Shown here one piece after another: positions 11,227 through 24,700 of a stretch of DNA of 64,000 bases; the first letter of the stretch is position 1, and the number at the start of each line of letters is the position of its first letter. The notes below the pieces were generated by a model. It saw only the letters and a program-made list of their open reading frames with translations, did no database searches and was not told where the DNA came from. A program made the position numbers and the translations under genes. The stretch is from Euglena gracilis (taxonomy: Eukaryota). The stretch is from assembly GCA_039621445.1 (NCBI GenBank), contig CP154954.1, positions 310,001 through 374,000 on the forward strand, in the 5' to 3' direction.

Positions 11227-12590
11227 TTGAAATGACGAGTTTGATCCCTGATCAGAGTGAACGCGGGCGCTATGCTTAACACATGCAAGAAAAACGAAAT
11301 TACTAGCAATAGTAATTTAGTGGCGACGGGTGAGTAATTGTAAGAATCTGCGCTTGGGCGAGGAAAACAGATGGAAACGTTTGCTAATGCTAATTTACTA
11401 GATCTATGGAGTAGCTAGTTAAAGAGAATTTCGCCTAGGCATGAGCTTGCATCTGATTAGCTTGTTGGTGAGGTAATAAAAGGTTACCAAGGCGACGATC
11501 AGTAGCTGATTTGAGAAAATGATCAGCCACAGGGATTGAAACGGAACAGACTACTACGAAAGGCAGAAGTGAAGAATTTTCCGCAATGGGCGCAAGCCTG
11601 ACGGAGCAATACCGCGTGAAGGAAGAAGGCCTTTGGGTTGTAAACTTTTTCAAAGAAGAAGAATGACGGTATTTGAGGTAAGCATCGGAATTCCGTGCCA
11701 GCAGCCGCGTAATACGGAGAGATGCGAGCGTTATCCGGAATTATTGGGCGTAAAGAGTTGTAGGCGGTCAAGTGTGTTAATGTAAAAGTCAAAGCTTAAC
11801 TTTGGAAGGGCGTTAAACACTGGTCGACTTGAGTATGGTAGGGGAGAAGGGAATTTACAGTGTAGCGGTGAAAGGTGAAGAATGCGTAGAGATTGGATAA
11901 GAACACAATGGCGAAGGCATTTCTAGGCCAATACTGACGTGAGAAACGAAAGCTGAGGGAGCAAACATTATTAGATACCCTGGTAGTTTTGGCCTAAGAT
12001 ACTAATTGGTGCTGAAAGTGCACTGCTGTATTAGTTAAACACGTTAAGTTTGGGTGAGTATTGCACAATAAACTCAAAGGAATTGACTGCCGCACACGTT
12101 AGCATGTTTTATTCGATGCAACACGAGAATTACCAGGATTTGACAGGATCTAGGAAATTGAAAGAACGCAGTTTCGGGTATCTAGACACATGGTGCATGG
12201 CTCGTAGCTCGTGTGAATTGGGTTAAGTCCCCAACGAGCGCAATTTTTTTTAATTAACGCTTGTCATTTAGAAATACTGATGGTATTGGAGGAATGAGGA
12301 CGACGTAGTCATATGTTATATTGGCTACACACGTGCCACAATAGATAAGACAATAAGTTGTAATTTAGTGAAGAAGAGCTAATCTTAAAACTGAGCCTAA
12401 GTTCGGAGTGTCGGCTGAAAAATGCTACATGAAGCCGGTCGCTAGTAATCGCCGGTCAGCTATACGGCGGTGAAGACGTTTGGGCCTTGTACAAGGTCAC
12501 ACCATTAATGGCTGTGCCCGAGTTATTATCTTGTGAAAAGAGAATACCTAACCTGCGCTGGTACTGTGAAGTCGTAAACAAGGTAGCTAC
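11227..12590 (+). pseudogene. rrs: Degraded 16S rRNA copy (probably low-quality consensus)
   Basis: Colinear with 5332-6827 but with many small deletions, increasing toward the 3' end. Confidence 0.75.
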
Positions 12591-12599
12591 TAGTGTAAT

Positions 12600-12858
12600 T
12601 TCGGCGTGTGGCTGGGACAATTTTTTTATTTTTACTTAAAATACCGTAAAAATTATAAAAAAAAAAAAAATCAAAAGGAAAATTTTTTATTTTTCAAAGA
12701 TCACTATTATCTTTTATTTTTATAGAATAGCTTTGATAAGGGTAGGGTCGTGTATTGAATCCTTGTATTAGCCTTTTTCTTTAAAATCCTAAGGCGTAGG
12801 TCTCAAAACCTGATGTAGTAGGTTCGAATCCTACAAAGCGCGCTTTTAGTGGGCACAT
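12600..12858 (+). pseudogene. Extra copy of the rRNA leader with pseudo-trnI/pseudo-trnW
   Basis: GTGTGGCTGGGACAA...GTAGGTTCGAATCCTACAAAGCGCGCTTTTAGTGGGCAC matches ~5005-5265. Confidence 0.75.
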
Positions 12859-12859
12859 G

Positions 12860-15800
12860 AAAAATATGCGGGATTGCTTGATTTGGTGAAGAGGGCGTTG
12901 AATTAACGATATGCTTTAGGGGCTAAAGACGATGCTTAATCAAAGATTGAATGGGGCAATATTACTTTAACTACAATTGAAATGGTATAAAATAATGTAG
13001 AGAACGTTGCTAACTGAAAATCTTAGTAGTGAAGGAAAAGAGAAGCTAGGCATGAGCGATTGCTCTGATTAGTGGTGAGTAACGGAATCAGCCTGATTTG
13101 AGAGGATGATGTGGGATTGAGAAAACAGACTTCTACGGAAGCAGTGAGGAATTTTCCGCAAAAGCCTGACGGAGCAATCAAAGGAAGACGGCCTTTTTGT
13201 ATTCTTTTCTCAAAGAAGAAATGATTTTCCGTGCATGAGAATACGTGCGAATCGGTTATTGGGGGGCGTGAGTTTATTTGTTTAGGGGTTTTGGGGGCAT
13301 AGTCGGTGGTGCGTCACCTGCGAAGGCCTTCTAGATATAGCTGAGTCCCTGGGCTGAGTGCACTGCTAGTTTTAAGTTTTATATCTGGAGGATGTGAGAG
13401 TTTGAGTATGGGTAGAAGGTGGTGCATGGCTGTCGTCAGCTCGTTTCGTGAGATGTTGGGTTAAGTCTCGCAACGAGTTTTTTTTAATTAACGAATACTG
13501 CTGGTTATTACCGGAGGGGGTGAGGACGAGTGGTGTTGTGGGGTGGTTATAGTATTGTGAAAATGAGGTTTTTATTAGCTAAGTTCGGATTGTAGTTTGA
13601 TGTAGCCTAATGAAGCCGGAATAAGCATAGAATCGTATTGTACGTCAATGGAAGTCGGCTGTGGAAGTTATTATCTTGCCTGGAGGGATACCTAAGGCCT
13701 GCTGCTGGTGACTGGTGGTCGTGGTAGGTGAAGGGGTGTGTGTTTTAGTTTTTTTTTGTTTTAGATTGGATGATAAAAAATAAAGTAGGGATTTTATTTT
13801 TCCAAGAGGCCTATTATCTCAGTTGGTTAGAGCATTTGATAAGGGGGTCGAGTTAGTCTAGGTTGTTTTGGGGGTTAGTTGGTAGATTTTGCAGATGTCA
13901 GAGTCCGCTTATCAGTATGAGGGCTTATGCTTTAGAGTCGCGGGGCGTAGAAATTAACGATAAGGGAGCTAAAGACAATTTAAATATTTACATTTTTTTA
14001 ATGTGATTAGTAACAAAAGCGACTTAGTAAACGGAAATCAATATGGGTGTGTGGGATTTATTTGTTGGGGGATTTTTTTTAAAAGTTTTTTTGATTTTCC
14101 CGTAGATGTAGTGGTGTGGTTTTTTATGGGTCTGTAAGGTTTTGGGGGTTGAGGGTGGGAGTGAGGGTTGGAGTTGTTTGAGTTAGTTTTGAGGTCTATT
14201 TAAAGATTGTTGGTGCCGAAGCACTATTTAGGTGGTGCGGTTAAGTTTTCTTTTTAGCCATAGTGAGCTTTTTTTGAAGTTTTTTATGATGGTGTTGAAT
14301 TTTGTTGATTTCTGTGATTGGGGGATCTTCGATGGAGGGTGGATGGTGCGTTAATATTGGGGGTTTTTGATGTTTGATGGTATGGGTTTTTGAATATTTC
14401 TGGTACTGGGGAGGTGGGGAGATGAACCAAGGGGATTACAAGTGGGGGGGTCTTGTGGGTGGGGGGAAGGTTGTGGAGTGGAGATAGAGCGGTTTGTGTT
14501 GAGTGGAGGGGAAATAGGGTTTGGTTTCTGTTAGTTGTGGTGAGCCTTTCTGCTGAAGTGAAGGGGAGGGCGTCCTAAAAGGTTAGTCAGGTCCCCAGGT
14601 TGTGCGTGTTATGGCAAGGTTTGGATGAGGTTTATTCCTGTAAGAGTGCGTGTTAAGGTTCGGCGTGTGGTTGTGGGTGGGGGTTCTGGTTAAATATTTT
14701 TTGTCTTAAGGCCTGAATAGGTTTCTACGGTTTGAGTGTTGTTTATGTTGGTTTTTTGTTTTGGGGGCTGTGTATTGATGCTGATGTAGGTGAGAGGGAA
14801 CGTGATGGTTTGTGGTTTAGTTCGGAGAAGTGTCTTTTGAGGTGGGAAAAGCGGTCCAAGTGACTTGAAGGTCTCGCGAAGTTATGTATGGGGCCGAGGC
14901 CTGCTCAGTGCAGGAAGGTTAAAGAAATTGGTTAGCGGAAAGCTAGTGACTGCCCTGTGAGCAGCGGCATGTGTTTGGGGCCGCCCGCCGAAAGCAAAGG
15001 GCTTTTCTCTCAGAGACTCGGTGAAATAGAATTGACTGTGAAGATGTGCACTTGGACAGGACCCTATGAAGCTTCATTGTATCCTGAAATTGGTTTCGGG
15101 CTTTTTTTGCGCAGAATAGGTGGGAGGCTATGATCTTGTCTTTTGGGATACGGGGAGCCGAAAAATGAGATACCACTCTGAGAAAGCTAGAAATCTAATC
15201 TTAATCTTATGATCATGATAATGACAGTTTCAGGTGGGCAGTTTTACTGGGGCGGTAGCCTCCTAAAAAGTAACGGAGGCGTACAAAGGTTTCTCAGGCT
15301 AGACGGAAATTAGTTGTGGAGTGTAAAGGCATACAGCTGACAGACTAAAGTCGTCTTAGTGACCCGACGGTGCTGTATGGAGTTTGGGGCTCTATGGAGG
15401 CCCCCCCAAGAGTTACGACGGGGGGGGCCTCGTCGTACGTATACTCTGTTCGAAGTTTCGGCCCATATCCCCAGTTGGTTGGGGTTTCCGTAGAGATAAG
15501 TGGTTTTTGTATGTGGGTAGTTTTTTAGTGGAGGACCGGGAGGACGCCCACTTGTAAGTTTTTCATGCCACGAACCGTTGACGGGTTTTGTCATTTTAGC
15601 CGAGATATACTATTTTTTCCTTTATGTTAAGACAAAACCGTTTGATTTTGTTTACTGTTTTTTTCCTTGAGATTTTTTTTTTTTTTTTATTTTTTTTTTT
15701 TTTTTTATTATTTAAAAGTTCTTGAATGAATTTTTTTTGGTCGTTTGTTTTTATTAACTCGATTTATTGGGTAGTTTGTTTTTCCGTTTGATTTTATGTT

Positions 15801-17700
15801 TGTGTTTCCTTTAAGTTTGAATTTTTTTTTGCCAAAACATGATGCTTTAAGACAATCTGTTTATAGATTTTTTTTTTTTTTAAAATTTTATGAATAATAT
15901 CCTCGAGTGTTTGGATGTATTTTTTTTAATCACAAAATTCAGATAGGTTTAATTGAATTTTTTATTGATGTTTTTTTTTTTGGTTCTTTTATTTGTACTT
16001 TTTTTTTTTGTTTGTGTGCTTTTGTGTAAATCTTTGATTGTGTTGTCTTGCTATGATTTTTGCTGCTTTTATATAATTGTTTTGATATTTATTTGTTCCT
16101 AGACTTTGCAGTTTAGGTGTTGGTTTTACTGATTTTGTGTTTTTTTTTTTCTTGCTTTTTTACTTATTTTTGTTTATTTTTTTAGACTTTTTTTTTTTTT
16201 TTTTTTTTTTTACCCTTATGTTTTATTTTTTCATATTATCTTTTATTATTATATACCTATTTTAGGTAGGTGAATCCTAGTCTTTTTCTTTTCCTATCTT
16301 CCGTATTTTTCCACCTTTGTGTTTTGGTGTTTTTAGTGTACCTTGTATTTTTGCGGTTGATTTTTTTTGACTTTTTTTCTTTTTGAGTTTTGGTTGGGGT
16401 GAGGGTATTAATTGGTGTTTTTTCTTTTGTAGTGTGGTAGAGGCGAATGCCGCGTTTTTTTTTTTTTGTGTGAGTAGTTTGCTTTGCTGCTTTTGGTGGG
16501 GGGCGACGATCAGTTGATTTGGTGAGGATGATGCTTTGAGAACGGAACAGAGGAGCAGTGAGGAATTTCGCCTCATGACGGAGCTTCTTGAAAGGAAGAT
16601 GGGTTTTTGGAAGCAGGCTTTCAGGGAAGGACGTGCGTTGAGGCGGCCAGCAGCCGCGAAGGGGGCCGTGGGTTTTGGGTGAGGAATAAGCATCGGCTAG
16701 GTGAGGTGGTGGTGGGTGAAGGAATTATTGTAAGAGTTTGTAGTGCGTCAAGTGTGTTTAATGTTGAAGGCTTATTTTGGAGGGTGAGGTAGTTGGTATG
16801 GGGTGAAGTGGAGGTGAGATTGATGGCGGGAGTGCTTGACGCTGAGAAACGAAAGCTGAGGGGGGGCCCGCACAAGCGGTGGAGAGTGGTGGGTGGAACT
16901 GTGGGGAGTTTGCCGCCTGGTACGCTCGGAATTGACGGGGGCCCGGCGGTGGAGCATGTGGTTTAATTAGATGCAACACGAAGAACCTTACCAGGATTTG
17001 ACAGGATCTAGGAGGGAGTTTGAAAGAACGAAGTACCTTAGGATATCTAGACACAGGTGAAACATGGCTGTCGTTGTGTGGTTGGGTTAAGTCGCAACCC
17101 TTTTTTTAATTAACGCTTGTCATTTAGAAATACTGATAGTTATTAATGGTGGTAGGGTTTGACGACGTCAAGTCATCATGCCCCTTATATCACACAGCCG
17201 GTCAATAAGTTGGCTAGTGTTTGTTGTAGGGCTGTAAGCCGGAATCGCTTATCGCTGAATACGTTCTCGGGCCTTGGGGCTGGGGTGGCTGTATTATCTT
17301 GCCTGGCTGGGGTACTGGGTTGGTGTGAAGGGTGGCTGGAACATTTAGTTTTTTAACTAAAAAAATTTATAGATTTAAAACAATGAAAAATAAACAAAAT
17401 TAGTAGGGAAACCTATATTTTTTTTAATAGGGCTATTAGCTCAGTTGGTTAGAGCATTCATTTGATAAGGGTAAGGTCGCTAGTTCAAGTCTAGCATCTC
17501 TTGTTTTTGGCATTAGCTTTGGGTTGTAGAGCCCCTTGCAGATGTCTTTTCAGGCGGTGCTCTTATTTGCTTGGCATTTAGAGTCGAAGCGTGCTTGGCA
17601 TTTTTAGGAGCTTTTAGGTCGATGGGGATTGATTGATTTAATTTTTGTGAACTGAAACATCTTAGTAGCCAAAGCGATTTTTATTAGTGGCGAGCTCACG
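12860..17700 (+). other. Scrambled rRNA-operon-derived sequence (16S/trnI/23S/spacer remnants)
   Basis: Intact islands (16S at ~13417-13475 and ~16930-17130; 23S at ~14890-15380; spacer at ~15805-15915; trnI at ~17430-17497) within G/T-rich filler. Confidence 0.8.
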
Positions 17701-19370
17701 GAAATCAGCCTAAACCTTTATGGGTGGTGTGGGGACGTTATAATTACTGAAAAAGATAGAGAATTTGTTGAAAACAAAATCAAAGAGGGTTTTAAATCCC
17801 GTATTTGTTTTTTTTTTTTTTTTTTTGATTTTCCCGAGTAGCATAGAGCACGTGGAATTCTGTGTGAATCAGCGAGGACCATCTCGTAAGGCTAAATACT
17901 CCTAAATGACCGATAGTGTACGAGTACCGTGAGGGAAAGCTGAAATAGAACACTGAGAAGTGAGTGAAATAGAATATGAAAGCATAAGTTTACAAGCAGT
18001 AGGAGATCTATTTAAAGATTGACTGTGTGCCTGTTGAAGAATGAGCCGGCGACTTATAGGTGATGGCAAGGTTAAGGTTTTTCCGGAGCCATAGTGAAAT
18101 CGAGCTTAAATAAAGCGAAAAACTTTCTTCTTGAAAGTTTATGTCATTGCTTATAGACCCGAACCCAGGTGATCTAATCATGGTCAGGTTGAAGTTTTGG
18201 TAAAACAGAATGGAGGACCGAACCCACCAATGTTGAAAAATTGGGGGATGAACTGTGATTAGGGGAGAAATTCCAATCGAACTTGGAGCTAGCTGGATCT
18301 CTTCGAAATGCGTTGAGGCGCAGCGTTTAATTATGGTAAACATTAGGGGTAAAGCACTGTTTCGATGCGGGCTATGAAAATGGTACCAAGTTGTGGCAAA
18401 CTCTGAATACTAAGTTATATTTCAATTAATCAGTGAGACAGTGGGGGATAAGCTTCATTGTCAAGAGGGAAACAGCCCAGATCACTACTTAAGGCCCCTA
18501 AATAATTACTAAGTGGTAAAGGATGTACTATTACATAGACAACCAGGAGGTTGGCTTAGAAGCAGCCATTCCTTTAAAAAGTGCGTAATAGCTTACTGGT
18601 CAAGTGATAGTGCGCCGAAAATGAACGGGACTAAGTAATTTGCCGAAGGTGTGAGAGAAATCGGTAGAAGAGCGTTCTGTGTTGAAGAGAAGGAATAGTG
18701 AAAATAGTTCTGGATTAAACAGAAGTGAGAATGTCGGCTTAAGTAACGAAAACATTGGTGAAAATCCTATGCTCCGAAAACCTAAGGTTTCCTTAGCCAG
18801 GTTCGTCCTCTAAGGGTTAGTCAGGTCCTAAAATAAGGTTTAACAACGTAAATTGATGGATGACAGGTTAATATTCCTGTACCGAATGCTCACTTGTAAG
18901 GAGTGACGAAAAAGGCTAGATCGGCCACGTGATGGTTTGTGGTTTAAGGGTTCAAGAGGTATCAAATATTAAAAAAAATATTTTGTCTTAAGGCCTGAAT
19001 AGTATAAATACTACGGTATTGAAAGTGATTGATGTCATGTTTCCAAGAAAAACTTTTGTTTATGTATAGTGAGCTCGCCTGTACCGTAAACTGACACAGG
19101 TAGGTTAGTAGAATATACTAAGGAGCGCGAGATAACTCTTTCTAAGGAACTCGGCAAAATGACTTCGTAACTTCGGAAGAAGAAGTACCTCTAATGAGGT
19201 GGCAGAAAAGAGGTCCAAGCGACTGCTTACCAAAAGCACAGGTCTCCGCGAAGTTGAAAAACGATGTATGGGGGCCGAGGCCTGCTCAGTGCAGGAAGGT
19301 TAAAGAAATTGGTTAGCGTAAGCAAAGCTAGTGACTGAAGCCCCTGTGAACAGCGGCAATAACTATAATT

Positions 19371-19423
<53 letters not shown>

Positions 19424-19911
19424 TTAACGATTTGGACACTGTCTCAGAAAGAGACTCGGTGAAATAGAATTGACTGTGAAGATGCGGTCTACTTGCACTT
19501 GGACAGAAAGACCCTATGAAGCTTTACTGTATCCTGAAATTGGTTTCGGGCTTTTTTTGCGCAGAATAGGTGGGAGGCTATGATCTTGTCTTTTGGGATA
19601 CGGGGAGCCGAAAAATGAGATACCACTCTGAGAAAGCTAGAAATCTAATCTTAATCTTATGTACAATCATGATAATTGACAGTTTCAGGTGGGCAGTTTT
19701 ACTGGGGCGGTAGCCTCCTAAAAAGTAACGGAGGCGTACAAAGGTTTTCTCAGGCTAGACGGAAATTAGTTGTGGAGTGTAAAGGCATAAGAAAGCTTGA
19801 CTGTGAGACTTATAAGTCAAACAGAGACTAAAGTCGGTCTTAGTGACCCGACGGTGCTGTATGGAAAGGCCGTCGTAAACAGATAAAAGTTACTCTAGGG
19901 ATAACAGGCTG

Positions 19912-19971
<60 letters not shown>

Positions 19972-19988
19972 ACCTGGGGCGGTAGTAC

Positions 19989-20023
<35 letters not shown>

Positions 20024-20335
20024 TACGTGAGCTGGGTTCAGAACGTCGAGAGACAGTTCGGTCCATATCCGGTGTGAGCGTTAGAGTATTGAAAGGCGCT
20101 TTCCTTAGTACGAGAGGACCGGGAAGGACGCACCACTGATGTACCAGTTTTTGTGCCAACAGAATACGCTGGGTAGTCAAGTGCGGAGTGGATAACTGCT
20201 GAAAGCATATAAGTAGGAAGCCCACCTTAAGATAAGTACTCTTCATAGGTCACGGTAAGACGAACCGTTTGATAGGTATTAGGTGTACAATTGGTAACAA
20301 TTTTAGCCGAGATATACTAACCGACCGAAAATTTT
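17570..20335 (+). rRNA. rrl: 23S rRNA (last unit; 5' ~250 nt corrupted)
   Basis: Near-identical to unit 1 23S from ~17830 onward. Confidence 0.92.
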
Positions 20336-20413
20336 TTCCTATATGAAAACAAAACATTTATTTTTACTTGTCACTTTTTTAAGATTTAAAAGTTTCTTGA
20401 ATGAACTTTTATT

Positions 20414-20530
20414 TTAGGGTGCTCTTGTCTTTATGGATCCACTTAAAACATTTCGAACTTGCAAGTTAAACATAAAGGGTAAATGGATACTTGGAAGGTT
20501 GCTTTCTGGGAAAAGCTTTTAGTGCCCTTA
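20414..20530 (+). rRNA. rrf: 5S rRNA variant (last unit)
   Basis: 117 nt, five substitutions versus unit 1, all in the 3' half. Confidence 0.85.
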
Positions 20531-21795
20531 TCGCGAGTTTATTTATTAATATTGAGTATGTTTTTGATTGATTTTTATGAATTTTGTCGATTTCTTTGTT
20601 AAAGTAGTTAAAATCTTTAAAGTTTTGATAAAAAATTTTTCTCTCAACAAGTTAAATAATAAAAAAACATCATGTTTGAACTTTTTGTAAAGAAATTTTT
20701 AAGACAATCTTTGAATAAAGAAAAAGTGACTCTTAAAAATTTGAACTCTAATACTTTTTTGGTTATGATTTTTTGTCAATTTAATAATTATTTATACTAT
20801 TTCTTAAAATTTTTTCTAATATTGAGCTAGTTTAAACTTTGTTATTTTACTATAATACCATAAATTTGCCAAACTTTCCTATTACAAGAATTGAAGATTG
20901 TTATTTTTTCAAGTTAGGACAAAAATTGTACGTCAATTTTGTTAAAAATACTTTAATTTTTTATGGTTTATTTTCTCTATTGTATGTGTAACACTTGACC
21001 TATTTATATTAGTAAAAATGGTTCTAATTTTATCAAATTTCCATCTAATCAACTAAATATAGAATTAGAGCATCGTTTTCGTTATAAATTTCAATATAAT
21101 ATTTAATGAAAAAATTTTTTTAATAAAAGCCAAATTTTTATTAAATGGTAAGAACAAGTAATTTTTTTACAAAAAATATAAATTATTAAATTTTTAGAAA
21201 ACTCCTATGATATGAAAAAAACAAGACAATAATTTTTTAGTATCAAATTTAATAAAGAGGCAAATTTTTCAATTTTTAAAGTTTTGAGTTAATAAAAACA
21301 ATTTGTTCATATAATACCATTTTAATTTTTTCAACTTTTTTGAAAAACTAATAGTTTTATGTAGTGTAATATCAAAATTTATGTTATAAAAAAACTATTA
21401 TTTAACAAGAGTTCGTTTATTTTTTTCGAAAATTTATTTATTTAACTCAGCATCTAATTTGTCTTTAATAATGGAGAGTAATGAAACTAAAAGAGAAGTA
21501 AGCATTAACAGGTTGGTTGCAAACTTCCGTAAGAAAGCCTTTGAAAATAAAGGATTAAAAAAGCTCGTTCTTGGTTAATTAATTTTGGCCATGAAAATAA
21601 TGCGAAAAATAGTACTTCTGCAAAATTGTATAAACATCGAAGTAATTGTTTTAAAACATTATTTTTTTAAGGGAACTTTTTGTTTTATTAAATATTAAGG
21701 TTAGTTAATTTATATGCATTTAAAATTAATTTTAAAAAATCCATTATACTATTAATGTCAAATCAAAGAAACAGACTGTTTGAACTTTGTGAGAA

Positions 21796-24700
21796 ATGGT
21801 AAATGGTTGTAGAGTACGCTCTAATTTATTAGATTTGTGAATTAATTCTTAACTTTGGTTTTATTTATTACAAATAAATAAATAATTTTTTTTGGTATGT
21901 TTATGTTAGATAAAAATTTTACTGATGATACAACGAAATAGTTTTCGCTCCTTTTTAAAAAAGGGTTTGGTAGAAGAGTTAAGAAAAATAAAAGATATAG
22001 CTCATGAAGGCTTTAGGATAAGCTTTCAAACAGATAATGTGAAATATAAAAAGCCTAAAATATCTGCTGAATTTGCATTGAAAAACGGGGAAACATACAG
22101 TTTATCTGTTCATATACCTGTTGAAGTTACCTATAATAATATGTTCCTTGTTAGGAGAGATTTTTATTATTTTTCCTATTAATTTTATAATATATTTTTC
22201 ATTATAATAATAAGTTTTTTTTTAGCAAAAAAGAATTTATTATCTTATTAAATAAATATATATTATTTGCAAAAATTCCTTTAATGACTGAAAAAGGTAC
22301 GTTTATTTTTAACGGTAATAAAAGAATTATGGATGTGGTTTATATTATTACTTTTAATTTTTTATTAATTATATTTATAAGTTAATTTTTTTTTAATTTT
22401 TAGGTTTGAGTTTTTTTAATTCATTTTTAACCAAATTATTCGTAGTCCTGGCGTTTATTTTGAAAAAAATCGTTATAATGATTCCATATTTGCGACGTTA
22501 ATACCAACTTTTGGTAGTTGGTTAACTTTTAAAATTGATGTGCGTTTTTAAATGTTATTTAGTAATTTGGATTTTTAAATTATATTTTTACATTAAATTA
22601 AATTCTTTTTTAAAATTGAAAATTTTTTATATTTGGGTCAAGACGAGGGAATTTTCGTTAAAGTAGACAAAATAAAGACAGCTATACCTTTAATAAATTT
22701 TTTGAAATGCTTAGGCCTATCCCGAAAAAAATTTTTTTTGTATCTTAACGATCCTATTTTTATAGAAACGTTACAAGAAAGTGAGTCTTATGGTATTAGA
22801 TTGGAATTTTTCGAATTTTATAAAATATTTTTTCCAAACGAAGTTAATGTTCGTTTTTTGAGATTTTTATATGTTTGATTTTATTATTTTATATTATTTT
22901 TTTAGTTAATAAGATATTAATATTTTTTTTATTTTTTCAGATGTTTTTTTATCTGAAAGGAAATGCCCGAAAATTTTTACGTTCAAAGTTTATGGATCTT
23001 GAGTTTATTCGTGTATTTTTTGTAATTTACAAAAGTTAAATTTTTTATAGATTATTTTAAAATTTTTTGATTTATTATTTTATGCCAGCATTATTAGCCG
23101 AGATTAAACACGTAAATATGATTTGGGTGAAGTAGGTCGCTTTAGGGTTAATACTAAAATTTATAGATCCGAATTTTTTCAAAGTAATAGAACTTTGCAA
23201 CCCGAAGATGTTTTGGGTATAGCTCATTATTTGATTGAGTTAAAGAAAGGTTGGGAAATAATGAAGAATAATAGTATCTTTATTTGTTTGTTTATTTAAA
23301 TTTATTAAAATTTTTATTTATTATAAAAATTTTTTAGCAATATTTTATTAATGATACCTTTTGATGAGATCGATGATTTAAAAAACAAATTAGTACGTAG
23401 TATAGGTGAACTTCTTCAAAGTCAATTCCGAATTATTTTAAATGAATTAGAATCTAGTTTAAAAGAAAAATTGATATTTCTTTATAAAAATCCTTCTGAA
23501 AAAACTTTTAGATTATCTAGATTTTTTAATTCTTACTTTATAACTAATCGTATTCGAAAGTTTTTTTCTGTTAATCCACTTTCTCAATTGTTAGATGATA
23601 CAAATTCTTTGTCTGAGCTTACACATAAAAGGAAGTTAAGTCCCTTTGGTCCTAATGGTCTTAATAAAGAAAGAACAAAGTTAGATGTAAGAGAAATAAA
23701 TACTAGTCAATATGGAAGGGTTTGTCCTATTGAGACAAGTGAGGGAAAAAATGCTGGTTTGATTTTATCTTTAGCAAAAGATGTAAGAGTTGATAAGTAT
23801 GGATTTTTAGAAAGCCCTTTTTATAAGGTTTTGAGAGGAAAGATAGAAACCAATAAAGGAATTTATTTTATTTCTTCTGCGCAGGAAAAATATTTTACAG
23901 TAGCTCCGTTTGATGTCTTTAGAAGTTCTCAAAGTAATCTTTTAGATAAAAATAAGCTTCTAGGTGTTAAAAGAAGTAAAATTTTTTCATATTCTTTCTC
24001 AAAAAATATTGATTTTATAAGTATTTCAACAGATCAATTTACTTCATTAGGTACAGGCTTAGTTCCTTTTTTGGAGCATAACGATGCTAATAGGGTTCTT
24101 ATGGGTTCAAACATGCAACGACAATCTCTTATTTTATTGGAAAAGGAAGTTCCTTTTATAAAAACTGGACGCGAGGCTTTAATTAATCGAGAAAGTGATG
24201 CCACGGTTTTAGCAAAAAGTAGTGGAAAAGTAATTTATTCTAGTTTAAAAAAAATAGTTATTCAAGAGGAAGAATATTGTGCTAATATTGAATTTTTTAA
24301 TAAAAATTATTCTTTTTTTAATTTATTGGGGTGCTTAAATGAAATATCTCAAAAAAATTTTAAACTTATTAAAAAAGTTAACCAAAAAATTTATTTTTTA
24401 GAGTCTCCTAAGAAATCGAATCACGGTGTTTATATTCAGAAAATTCCTATTGTTCATGAAGGTGAGTGGGTTAGAAAAGGACAAATTATAGCTGATGGTA
24501 TGAGTACATTAAGAGGTGGCATTTGTTTAGGAAAAAATGTTTTGGTCGCGTACCTTGGATGGGAAGGTTATAATTTTGAAGATGCCGTAATTATTAGTGA
24601 AAGGCTTGTTTTTGAAGATATTTTTACTTCTATACATATGAAAAAATTTAAAACTTTTATTGTAAATGATGAAAAAAAAGGTGTGCGAATTTAAATTTAG

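Larger units (their letters stand above)
1..20553 (+). repeat. Tandem direct-repeat array of rRNA operons, period ~5.92 kb
   Basis: Identical ORF-track entries at offset 5920-5921; tandem rather than inverted arrangement as in Euglena gracilis. Confidence 0.92.

Noticed and set aside
11435..17356. ORFs in the scrambled rDNA, including the 138-aa Lys-rich ORF
   Set aside because: Products of poly-T/G noise in corrupted rRNA-derived sequence.
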